A stretch of DNA of 64,000 nucleotides from Thermodesulfobacteriota bacterium (lineage in GTDB: Bacteria > Desulfobacterota > Desulfomonilia > UBA1062), in assembly GCA_036834365.1 (NCBI GenBank), contig DAITOA010000001.1, forward strand, positions 15,892 through 79,891. Reading direction: 5' to 3'. The notes beneath the pieces were generated by a model. The model saw nothing but the letters and a program-made list of their open reading frames with translations. It was not told where the DNA came from and did no database searches. Made by a program: the position numbers and the translations under genes. Positions 8,715 through 16,843 of the stretch are shown here, in pieces. Each line of letters starts with the position of its first letter. Position 1 is the first letter of the stretch.

Positions 8715-10808
8715 TCATGCCTGGAACGCCATACGTTCGATGCTGTGTACGTCCAGGATGAGGGATACCCTGCCGTTGCCCAGAATGGTCGCGCCTGAAG
8801 TTCCTTCTATCTTCTTGAAGTTCTTGTCGATGCTCTTGATCACAGCCTGGGTCTGGCCGAGAACATCGTCCACCAGGATGCCGAACCTGCTGTCAGCCCC
8901 ATGGAGCACCACCACAAGAGCCTGGGTGGGATCGGTCTTCTCGGAAGGCAGGTTGAAGAGGTGGTACAGACGGACGAGGGGAAGGTAATCGCCTCTGATG
9001 TCAACGAGTTCCCCTTTGCCTTCAACGGTTTTGACCTCGGTCCGTGAGGGACGCACCGACTTGTCAATGACGGAAAGAGGGATGGTAAGAACCTCATCTC
9101 CAACCTTGACCATCATGCCGTCGATGATTGCCAGCGTGAGCGGAAGCTTCACGCGGAAGATGGAACCTTTCCCGTCTTCCGAAGAGATCTCCACGCTCCC
9201 CCTCAGATCCTCTATGTTCCGCTTCACTACATCCATGCCGACTCCCCTGCCGGAGAGCTCGCTGACCTTCTCGGCAGTGGAGAGCCCAGGAGCGAACAGC
9301 ATATCGAAGATGTCTTTTTCGGAATAAGACCTGCCGGCATCAGCCTGACCTTTTTCGATCGCCTTTGCCAGCACCTTTTTCTTGTCAATGCCCTTGCCGT
9401 CGTCCGATATCTCGATGAAGATGTTGCCTTCGCGCTGGAATGCCTTGAGCCAGATGGTTCCGACCTCAGGTTTGCCGAGGCGGCGCCTTTCATCGGGAGG
9501 TTCGATGCCGTGATCAATGGAGTTCCGGATCATGTGTTTCAAGGGATCGCTGATCTGCTCGATGACGTTCTTGTCCAACTCGGTCTCGGTCCCGCTCATC
9601 TTGATCTCGATCTTCTTTCCCAGTTCAAAGGAAAGGTCCCTGACAACCCTGCGGAAACGGTTGAACGTGCCCTCAACAGGAACCATACGAACTCTCATGA
9701 CCTGTTCCTGCAGATCCCGGGAGATCCGCTCCAAAGAGGAAGTTGCCCCCTGTAGTGAACGGGTCAGGGAGGCATCGGTCACCTCGCTGGCGCACTGGGA
9801 CATGCGGGCTACGGAGATCACCATCTCCCCCACCAGGTTCACGAGCTTGTCAAGCTTGTCGGTGTCGACCCTGATGGTGGACGATTTCGCTATCTTTCTG
9901 CTCTGGGATTGAGCGAGGGCCATCTTCTCCACTGCTTCCTTGGAGACCTTGCCCTTTTCCACCAGAGCCTGACCGGTGGTCTTGTGCTCCCTCAGAGTCT
10001 CCATGACATCGTCTTCCCTGACGAATCCTTTTTCCACGAGGATCTCGCCGATGGGTTTTTCGGCCAGGGTAAGATCGATACCTTCCTTGTATTGTGACGA
10101 TATGTCGACGATCACGATCTCATTTTCATCCATGACAAAGATGAAGATGTTGTTTATGTCGGAAATCGTTCTGGTCGTGCGAAGGATGATCTCCCAGGAT
10201 GTATAACAGGTGGTGGGCACGAGATTGTAGAAGTCGGGGATCGTCCCGGTGAAGGCCCGTGACTCGAGGATCTCTCCGAATTCTCGCAGCTCTTGTATGA
10301 GCATGATGGGATCCTGGCCGGTGGAGAGGATGTCCGCACGGAACTTCATGTTGATGGACAGCACCTTTTCTCCGGTTCTTTCCTGGGGTTTCCTCTGGCT
10401 TTCAAGTGTATCGCCGGTCCCTTGTGCTGTGCCGGAGAATCGCTTCAGAGTCTGGACGGATTCCTCGATCTCCTTGCTGTCGATCTCTTCGCCTTCGCTT
10501 CCCGCGGCTATCATCCTTTTCAGAAAATCCACGGAGGTGAGCAGGGTGGAGATGAGCTTTTTCGTTATGCTCAGTTCCTTTTTACGGATCCTGTCAAGGA
10601 TGTTCTCGATGGTATGGGTGTAATTGCTGACATTCTCGAATCCCACTAGCCCTGCGGAACCCTTTATGGTGTGGGCGGCGCGGAAGACCCTGTTGATGGT
10701 ATCTTCGTCCCCGCGTTCTTCTTCCAGTTTGATGAGGCCGTTTTCGAGCTCCCGGATCTCATCCTCGCTCTCTTCCATGAATACCTTGACGAGTTCATCC
10801 ATTGCCAT
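8715..10808 (-). CDS. cheA: Chemotaxis histidine kinase CheA (Hpt, dimerization, HATPase, C-terminal CheW-like domain)
   Basis: 697 aa. Hpt motif RAAHTIKGSAG, HATPase G-boxes, C-terminal CheW-like region. Confidence 0.9.
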   Translation of the reverse strand: MAMDELVKVFMEESEDEIRELENGLIKLEEERGDEDTINRVFRAAHTIKGSAGLVGFENVSNYTHTIENILDRIRKKELSITKKLISTLLTSVDFLKRMIAAGSEGEEIDSKEIEESVQTLKRFSGTAQGTGDTLESQRKPQERTGEKVLSINMKFRADILSTGQDPIMLIQELREFGEILESRAFTGTIPDFYNLVPTTCYTSWEIILRTTRTISDINNIFIFVMDENEIVIVDISSQYKEGIDLTLAEKPIGEILVEKGFVREDDVMETLREHKTTGQALVEKGKVSKEAVEKMALAQSQSRKIAKSSTIRVDTDKLDKLVNLVGEMVISVARMSQCASEVTDASLTRSLQGATSSLERISRDLQEQVMRVRMVPVEGTFNRFRRVVRDLSFELGKKIEIKMSGTETELDKNVIEQISDPLKHMIRNSIDHGIEPPDERRRLGKPEVGTIWLKAFQREGNIFIEISDDGKGIDKKKVLAKAIEKGQADAGRSYSEKDIFDMLFAPGLSTAEKVSELSGRGVGMDVVKRNIEDLRGSVEISSEDGKGSIFRVKLPLTLAIIDGMMVKVGDEVLTIPLSVIDKSVRPSRTEVKTVEGKGELVDIRGDYLPLVRLYHLFNLPSEKTDPTQALVVVLHGADSRFGILVDDVLGQTQAVIKSIDKNFKKIEGTSGATILGNGRVSLILDVHSIERMAFQA

Positions 10809-10811
10809 GGC

Positions 10812-11192
10812 TTACCTCATGAATTTTTTTGTGACATAGACCAGCTGTTCAGGTTTGAAAGGCTTTACGAGCCATCCTGATGCCCCCGCCTGCTTGCCTT
10901 TGAGCTTCATCTCTTCCTGGGATTCGGTGGTAAGCACCAGGATAGGGAGGTACCTGAACGGTGTTTTCTTCACCTCTTTGATGAAGGTGATGCCATCCAT
11001 GACCGGCATATTGATATCGCTGATGATCATGCCGATCACATCACCGTGTTTGTGGGCATCGGTGAGTTTCTCCAGCCCGTCCGCACCGTTGACCGCATTG
11101 ATCGTTTCAAACCCGGCGGCTTTCAGCGTATAGTTGACGGATGCCCTCAGAGTGGCAGAATCATCCACCACGAGGATCTTTTTCTTGATCAT
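10812..11192 (-). CDS. cheY: CheY-like single-domain response regulator
   Basis: 126 aa, MIKKKILVVDDSATLR...ISDINMPVMDGI...LTTESQ...KPF. Confidence 0.85.
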   Translation of the reverse strand: MIKKKILVVDDSATLRASVNYTLKAAGFETINAVNGADGLEKLTDAHKHGDVIGMIISDINMPVMDGITFIKEVKKTPFRYLPILVLTTESQEEMKLKGKQAGASGWLVKPFKPEQLVYVTKKFMR

Positions 11193-11494
11193 GGGAGGGC
11201 CTCCTTCAAGGCAATGCTGAACCCCGAGATCTCGATGATTTCCCGAATGGCAGGATTGATTGCCCTGATGCGCATGGCACCGTCCGCATCGAATGTTTTC
11301 TTGAGGGAGTACAGAAGCTGGAGTCCTGAAATGTCTATCTCCTCAACCCCATCAAGATCCAGGGTGATGACCTGCGATGAATCTTCCAGGAGCGACTCCA
11401 GAGAAGAATGAATGTTCTCGATGTCCGAAACCACGAGATTGCCCTTGCAAACGATTGCACCCTGCCTGTCTATGATGATTTCCATTGTCATCAC
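11189..11494 (-). CDS. STAS-domain protein (anti-sigma-factor antagonist-like)
   Basis: 101 aa with conserved phospho-Ser context ...VEEIDISGLQLL.... ATGA overlap with cheY. Confidence 0.75.
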   Translation of the reverse strand: MMTMEIIIDRQGAIVCKGNLVVSDIENIHSSLESLLEDSSQVITLDLDGVEEIDISGLQLLYSLKKTFDADGAMRIRAINPAIREIIEISGFSIALKEALP

Positions 11495-11799
11495 CTCATG
11501 GATATGGGGAATAGCTTGTCCAGCTTCACTGCTTTGAAGATGTTGAAGAGATTTTCGTGGATACCCTTGATCTCGAAGCTCGCCTTTGCACTGTCAAGGC
11601 TTTTGAAGAACATGAGGATCTTGCCTATGCCTGAAGAACCCATGGTCGGGACCATGGCGAGATCCATTATGACCTTCTTCGGTTTCTGGCCAGCGATCTT
11701 GTTGAGCTCGGTACGCAGGAGTTCCGCGGCTGGAGTGTCCACAGCTCCTGTGACCTTCACATAGAGGGTGTCTCCCGATGACCTGGTTGTAACATCCAT
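11491..11799 (-). CDS. STAS-domain protein (anti-sigma-factor antagonist-like), second paralogue
   Basis: About 102 aa from internal ATG at 11799, which has an aaggag RBS 8 nt upstream (ORF track extends to 11883). Motif ...PTMGSSGIGKIL... Overlaps the downstream STAS gene by 4 nt. Confidence 0.7.
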   Translation of the reverse strand: MDVTTRSSGDTLYVKVTGAVDTPAAELLRTELNKIAGQKPKKVIMDLAMVPTMGSSGIGKILMFFKSLDSAKASFEIKGIHENLFNIFKAVKLDKLFPISMR

Positions 11800-11897
11800 A
11801 CCATATCTCCTTTGTGGCAGTTGAGCTTGATAGTCCGAGGATGTGCCATCCCTGTTACACCCCATCGGAAATTCAAAAACCAATCTTTATGGAAAGT

Positions 11898-11940
11898 CTT
11901 TGGGTAAGCTGAATACCTTTGGGTGAATGTTTGGGCAAGG
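11898..11940. promoter_or_regulatory. Three direct repeats TTTGGG(T/C)(A/G)A in the divergent che-operon/rapZ promoter region
   Basis: CTTTGGGTAAG (11898), CTTTGGGTGAA (11917), GTTTGGGCAAG (11929). They lie 100-140 nt upstream of the first STAS start codon. Read on the operon strand they are CCCAAA repeats. Confidence 0.35.
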
Positions 11941-12190
11941 TTCGAAGAGAGGAGAGATGTGGTGCATCGGACGCGGTGGATATATTCGGTGCCTGATGAT
12001 GAAGGGGTGTGTAAAAAGAGTGCAGATTGACCATGTGATGGTTCTCATGGAGAGAACATGCGCATTGACAGATACCTAAATGAGTTATATCTAGTACCGA
12101 CGTATGTGATGGTGTGTCTGGAATGATGAATAATAAAAACAATGAGTTAAGTGAGTGTTGTGTGGTTTCGGAAACGGATAGACTGAAGAG

Positions 12191-13060
12191 ATGAAGAACG
12201 CATTCATACTTGTCATCACCGGTCTGTCAGGGTCCGGAAAGTCGACGGCTCTCAAGGCCATTGAGGATGAGGGCTTCTTCTGCATGGACAACATGCCCAT
12301 CGACCTCATGGACAAGTTTCTCGAGCTCTATGAGTCGGCGTCCTTCACTATCCACAAGGTATGTATATGTATGGATGCCAGGGCAGGTGCACCATATTTT
12401 GCCCAGAAGGCCCCCTTGCTCATAGCCCAGCTTCGGAATCTGACGGAGAATGTACGGCTCATCTTCCTGGAGTCAGGCAAGGAAAACCTCCTGAATCGGT
12501 ACAAGGAAACGAGGAGGAGGCATCCGTTGAGCGAGTCGTACCCGAACCTGCTCGATGCCATCGAGGCAGAGGTAGACCTGCTGGCGCCGCTTCGAGGGAT
12601 TGCCGATTTCATCGTGAACACCTCACAGCTCAATGTTCACCAGCTTGCAGCAAGGATCAAGGAGATCATCTCGACGGAAGATCGGTCCAGAGATATGTAC
12701 ATTGAGGTCAGTTCGTTCGGTTTTAAAAAGGGGATCCCCATGGACTCCGACATCGTCATGGACGTCAGGTTCCTCCCGAATCCGTATTTCGTCGACGAAC
12801 TCAAGGATAAAACCGGGTCAGACAGGGAGGTAAAAGACTTCCTGCGGTCGTCAGAAGTCTATGAACAATTCCTCTCGAAATTCAAGGACCTCATCAGTTT
12901 TATCCTTCCGCTCTGCAAGAAGGAAGGCAGGTCCTATCTCAATATCTCCATAGGTTGTACCGGCGGAAGGCACAGGTCTGTAGCCATTGCGGAAGAGATC
13001 AGGCAGGCAATAGAGGATGCCGGGTATCCAAGCAGGCTGAAGCATCGTGACATCGTATGA
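12191..13060 (+). CDS. rapZ: RNase adaptor / nucleotide-binding protein RapZ (YhbJ)
   Basis: 289 aa, P-loop VITGLSGSGKSTALKALED at N-terminus, RapZ-typical length and C-terminal domain. Confidence 0.85.
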   Translation: MKNAFILVITGLSGSGKSTALKAIEDEGFFCMDNMPIDLMDKFLELYESASFTIHKVCICMDARAGAPYFAQKAPLLIAQLRNLTENVRLIFLESGKENLLNRYKETRRRHPLSESYPNLLDAIEAEVDLLAPLRGIADFIVNTSQLNVHQLAARIKEIISTEDRSRDMYIEVSSFGFKKGIPMDSDIVMDVRFLPNPYFVDELKDKTGSDREVKDFLRSSEVYEQFLSKFKDLISFILPLCKKEGRSYLNISIGCTGGRHRSVAIAEEIRQAIEDAGYPSRLKHRDIV

Positions 13061-13074
13061 GGAGGTTTTAATCT

Positions 13075-13488
13075 ATGGTCGGTATCATTGTTGTCGCGCA
13101 CGGTGATCTTGCACGTGCATTCGAGGAAACAGCCCAGATGATCGTGGGGCCGACAGAGGCCTTCAAAGCCTGTTCCTTTGTGCAGGGTACGGACGTAGAT
13201 GACCTGAGAAGGCTGCTGAAGGCATCCATCAAAGAAGTGAACAGGGGTGAAGGTGTCATCATTCTTACTGACATGTTCGGCGGCACCCCGTCCAATATCA
13301 GCCTGTCATTTTTGGAGAATGGGAAGATCGAGGTGATCACCGGGGTTAATCTCCCCATGGTGATTACAGCGCTTACCAAGAGAAAAGGGAAGGAAATATC
13401 TGAACTGGCTCGCTTGTTGAAAGAAGGGGGCTCGAAGAATATCCATATCGCTTCAGAGATCCTCGCAACGAATGTGGCTGAAAAATGA
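13075..13488 (+). CDS. PTS mannose/fructose/sorbose-family EIIA component
   Basis: 137 aa, MVGIIVVAHGDLA... (EIIA-Man fold with active His in VAHG). Confidence 0.8.
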   Translation: MVGIIVVAHGDLARAFEETAQMIVGPTEAFKACSFVQGTDVDDLRRLLKASIKEVNRGEGVIILTDMFGGTPSNISLSFLENGKIEVITGVNLPMVITALTKRKGKEISELARLLKEGGSKNIHIASEILATNVAEK

Positions 13489-13973
13489 ATGTATTGCTCG
13501 TCAGAGTGGATGACAGATTCATTCACGGGCAGATCCTTGAATCATGGATACCTCACCTGAAGGCCCAGGGCGTCATCGTTGCCAATGATGGTCTTGCTGG
13601 CGATCAGTTTCAGAAGACCATCATGTCCATGGCGATCCCCGACAGGATAAAGCTCAGGATCGTATCTCTGGATGAGGCCCTCAGACTGAGGGATGACTGT
13701 GATTTCAATGAAAAACGAATCTTTGTCATCGTGTCCAGCATAAAGGATGCCCACCGTCTGTTTGTGGGGGGTTTTCCATTCACCCGGCTCAACATCGGGA
13801 ACAACAAGTCCACGACTGAATCAAGGCAGATTTCCTATTCTGTTTGGGTCGACCGCGAAGATCTCCGGCTTGTCAGGGAACTCCTGGACAAAGGGCTTGA
13901 GGTGACGCTTCAATCCGTTCCCCGTGAGCGTCTTATTGACATGAGATCTATTCTTGATATGGTAGATCTATGA
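13485..13973 (+). CDS. PTS mannose-family EIIB component
   Basis: 162 aa, LVRVDDRFIHGQIL motif (phospho-His). ATGA overlap with the EIIA gene. Confidence 0.8.
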   Translation: MNVLLVRVDDRFIHGQILESWIPHLKAQGVIVANDGLAGDQFQKTIMSMAIPDRIKLRIVSLDEALRLRDDCDFNEKRIFVIVSSIKDAHRLFVGGFPFTRLNIGNNKSTTESRQISYSVWVDREDLRLVRELLDKGLEVTLQSVPRERLIDMRSILDMVDL

Positions 13974-14644
13974 TCTTGACCGGATTTCTCGGGGTGCTCG
14001 CCGGCGCCCTTCTGTGGATGGACAGGGTCTTCGTGTTTCAATTCATGATCAGCAGGCCCATGATCATGGGTCCCTTGATCGGCCTTGTCATGCATGATCT
14101 GCATGCCGGGCTCTTGGTGGGCCTTTCCCTGGAGCTTCTGTGGCTGAATGCACCACCCGTTGGTGCATATCTCCCCAATGACGAAAGCTTCTGCACCGCC
14201 GTAGGAGTCCCGGCGGCTGTTCTTGCCGGGTCTTGGGCTTCACCGTCTCAGGCGGCGGGATTGGCCATCCTCCTTTGTCTGCCGGCAGCCCTCGTGGGGA
14301 GGACTCTCGACATGCGGCTGCGGACAATGAACGAGGAGCTCTTGGATGTAAACGAACGCATGTCCGAGAAAAAGATATCACAAGCCATGGTCAAGGCGGT
14401 CCTCCGGTCTTTCATTCTTGCCCTTGTGACGCTCTGTGCATGTGTCATGATTGCCGATGTCATGGTCATTCACGTCGGGAAGATTTTCCCTGATGCGGTT
14501 CTCGCCTCGCTCCCTGTCGTTCCTTTCGCTTGCGTGCTGATCGGTCTGGCGGCCCTCGTATCCCGGGAAATGCCCAGGAGGTCGCATGTAGGCATGTTCG
14601 CCCTGGGTCTCAGCCTGGTGCTCCTGCTCACATGGATCGTATAA
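13970..14644 (+). CDS. PTS mannose/sorbose-family EIIC-like membrane component (short)
   Basis: 224 aa polytopic membrane protein resembling ManY/LevF-type IIC. No IID gene follows. Confidence 0.65.
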   Translation: MILTGFLGVLAGALLWMDRVFVFQFMISRPMIMGPLIGLVMHDLHAGLLVGLSLELLWLNAPPVGAYLPNDESFCTAVGVPAAVLAGSWASPSQAAGLAILLCLPAALVGRTLDMRLRTMNEELLDVNERMSEKKISQAMVKAVLRSFILALVTLCACVMIADVMVIHVGKIFPDAVLASLPVVPFACVLIGLAALVSREMPRRSHVGMFALGLSLVLLLTWIV

Positions 14645-15843
14645 TTGTTCGGACGGCGCTCCCTGAGGACATCGCCGATGTCGTTGCCATCGAGCGCAGA
14701 TCCTTCACATCACCGTGGGACGAGGAGACTTTCGCGACGACCCTTGAGGACGGGCGGTCTATTGCAATCCTGGCCATGGATGATGACGTGGTGATCGGAT
14801 ATTGCATTGCGCTGAGGCTGACTTCCATGGTTCATGTTCTGAACCTGGCGGTTCACCCTGATCGCCGGGGAAAGGGGATCGGAAGAAGGCTCATCCAGGA
14901 GATCTTGAGGGAAACAGCAGCACATGGCAAGTTGTGTGCAGTGCTCGAAGTGAGACGGTCCAACGTTCAGGCCCGGTCTCTCTATACATCCATGGGATTC
15001 TCGCATGTGAGCACCTGGCATAGGTACTATTCAGATACTGATGAGGATGCGGCTATTATGGTGAAGGATTTAAGACCACAGACGGCCCATGATGTGACAT
15101 GTGCCATCGCACATAATGTCGAGGTGGCGGATGGCACATTTCATCTCGTGCTTGAGGGTGAGGTTCCTCGAGGGGATCCCGGGCAGTTCGTCATGGTGCA
15201 GGTAAGCCAGGGCAGCGAACCGTTTCTTAGGAGGCCTCTGGCCATACTCGGGCAGAAAAGCTCGGAGATTGAATTACTCTATAAAATTAAAGGTTACGGA
15301 ACTCGACTGCTCTCGCGGAAAAGAGCCGGTGAACTGGTGAGGGTGCTCGGACCCTTGGGAAAGGGGTTCGGCCGGAGAGCTGCAGGACAGATAATCTATA
15401 TGGCTGGAGGAACAGGGCTACCCCCCTTGCTGGCTCTTGCGGAACATGTCCGACAGGGGGTGTTCATCCTCGGGGCAAAGACGAAAGGTGATCTCCCTTT
15501 GTTGGAAAGGATACAATCGATACCGAACACCCGCAATGTCATCACGACTGAAGACGGGTCATTCGGATGCAAGGGGCTGGCGACGTATATCCTGAGAGAT
15601 CTTCTCTCAGATATGCCTGAAGGTGATGATATCATCCTGTATGCATGCGGGCCCGAGGGCATGCTTCGAGAAGGAGCACGGATGGCTGCACAAAAGGGGG
15701 CTTACTGTGAACTGTCCCTTGAAGAGCGCATGTCATGCGGGTTCGGAGCGTGTGCCGGGTGTGTCGTAAGCACAAGAAAGGGAACCAAGAGGGTATGCCG
15801 CGAAGGTCCTGTATTCGCGGCCGATGATATCAACTGGAGCTGA
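14632..15843 (+). CDS. pyrK: Fusion protein: N-terminal GNAT acetyltransferase (RimI-like) + C-terminal dihydroorotate dehydrogenase electron-transfer subunit PyrK
   Basis: One continuous frame. Residues 1-145 carry GNAT motifs (VVAIERRSFTSPWDE... RRGKGIGRRLI). The remainder is the PyrK FAD/NAD-binding fold plus 2Fe-2S cysteines (CGFGACAGCVV). Start taken at ATG 14632 (13-nt overlap with EIIC stop); the ORF track begins at 14530. Confidence 0.7.
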   Translation: MDRIIVRTALPEDIADVVAIERRSFTSPWDEETFATTLEDGRSIAILAMDDDVVIGYCIALRLTSMVHVLNLAVHPDRRGKGIGRRLIQEILRETAAHGKLCAVLEVRRSNVQARSLYTSMGFSHVSTWHRYYSDTDEDAAIMVKDLRPQTAHDVTCAIAHNVEVADGTFHLVLEGEVPRGDPGQFVMVQVSQGSEPFLRRPLAILGQKSSEIELLYKIKGYGTRLLSRKRAGELVRVLGPLGKGFGRRAAGQIIYMAGGTGLPPLLALAEHVRQGVFILGAKTKGDLPLLERIQSIPNTRNVITTEDGSFGCKGLATYILRDLLSDMPEGDDIILYACGPEGMLREGARMAAQKGAYCELSLEERMSCGFGACAGCVVSTRKGTKRVCREGPVFAADDINWS

Positions 15844-15845
15844 AT

Positions 15846-16757
15846 ATGGATACTTCTGCAAGGATTACACCCGACCTCATATTGAAAAACCCTGTCATGA
15901 GCGCATCGGGAACCTTTGCATACGGCGAAGAGTTTGCCGAGTTCTTTGATCTGGCTCTCCTCGGGGCTGTGGTGACCAAGGGATTGTCGCTGGCTCCCAA
16001 GACCGGGAATCCTACGCCGCGCATTGTGGAGACTGCGTGCGGAATGATCAATTCCATAGGCCTTGAAAACATAGGGATACCAGGATTCATCAAGGACAAG
16101 CTCCCCTTCCTGATGCAATTCGATACCTGCGTAATAACCAACTTTTTCGGAAGCACCGAAGATGACTATGTTCGAGCGGCAGAGGCCCTGAATGTGCATG
16201 GTGTCTCGGCTCTGGAGATGAATGTGTCCTGCCCGAATGTGAAACAGGGCGGTATCGAATTCGGACGGGACCCGGATGCACTTCACACCCTCGTGAAGAG
16301 GGTAAGACAGGTATGCGGGAAACCTCTCATCGTGAAGCTCTCCCCCATGGTTACGGATATAAGGATGAACGCATTGGCGGCAGAGGAGGCAGGGGCCGAC
16401 GCACTCACCTGCATCAATACTGTGCCGGCAATGGCCATAGATGAAAAGGTCCGAAGGCCTATGCTCGGAAACATTACCGGTGGACTCTCAGGCCCTGCCA
16501 TCAAGCCCATCGCCCTCAAGATCGTATGGGATGTCTCCAGGGAGGTCTCCATACCCGTCATTGCGTCAGGAGGTGTTCTGACAGCACAGGATGCCATTCA
16601 GTTCATGCTGGCAGGAGCCACTGCCGTACAGGTCGGCAGCGGCGGCTTGAGGGATCCGCTATGCTATCCTGAGATTATCAAAGGTATCAGCACTTATCTT
16701 GATGAGAACCAGATACAGGACATATCAGATCTCATAGGAGGTCTCCTGACGGATTGA
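15846..16757 (+). CDS. pyrD: Dihydroorotate dehydrogenase catalytic subunit (class 1B)
   Basis: 303 aa, ...SASGTFAYGEEF..., NTVPAMAIDE... Start 3 nt after the pyrK stop. Confidence 0.9.
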   Translation: MDTSARITPDLILKNPVMSASGTFAYGEEFAEFFDLALLGAVVTKGLSLAPKTGNPTPRIVETACGMINSIGLENIGIPGFIKDKLPFLMQFDTCVITNFFGSTEDDYVRAAEALNVHGVSALEMNVSCPNVKQGGIEFGRDPDALHTLVKRVRQVCGKPLIVKLSPMVTDIRMNALAAEEAGADALTCINTVPAMAIDEKVRRPMLGNITGGLSGPAIKPIALKIVWDVSREVSIPVIASGGVLTAQDAIQFMLAGATAVQVGSGGLRDPLCYPEIIKGISTYLDENQIQDISDLIGGLLTD

Positions 16758-16843
16758 TCTGGATCCGGTTCATGATTTCATTGTTATGGTATTCTTCCTC
16801 TGATTGCTTTGATCCATACCCTGCCTGAAGGAATTCATCACAT

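Noticed and set aside
12065-12091. Sigma-70-like TTGACA ... TATATC upstream of rapZ
   Set aside because: The spacer is 15 nt (suboptimal). It is plausible but unverifiable without a TSS map, so it is not listed as a feature.
14530-14631. N-terminal 34 codons of ORF 14530..15843 (MRADRSGGPRIPG...)
   Set aside because: Overlaps the 3' end of the EIIC gene. The GNAT domain begins at the next Met (14632), which is the chosen start.
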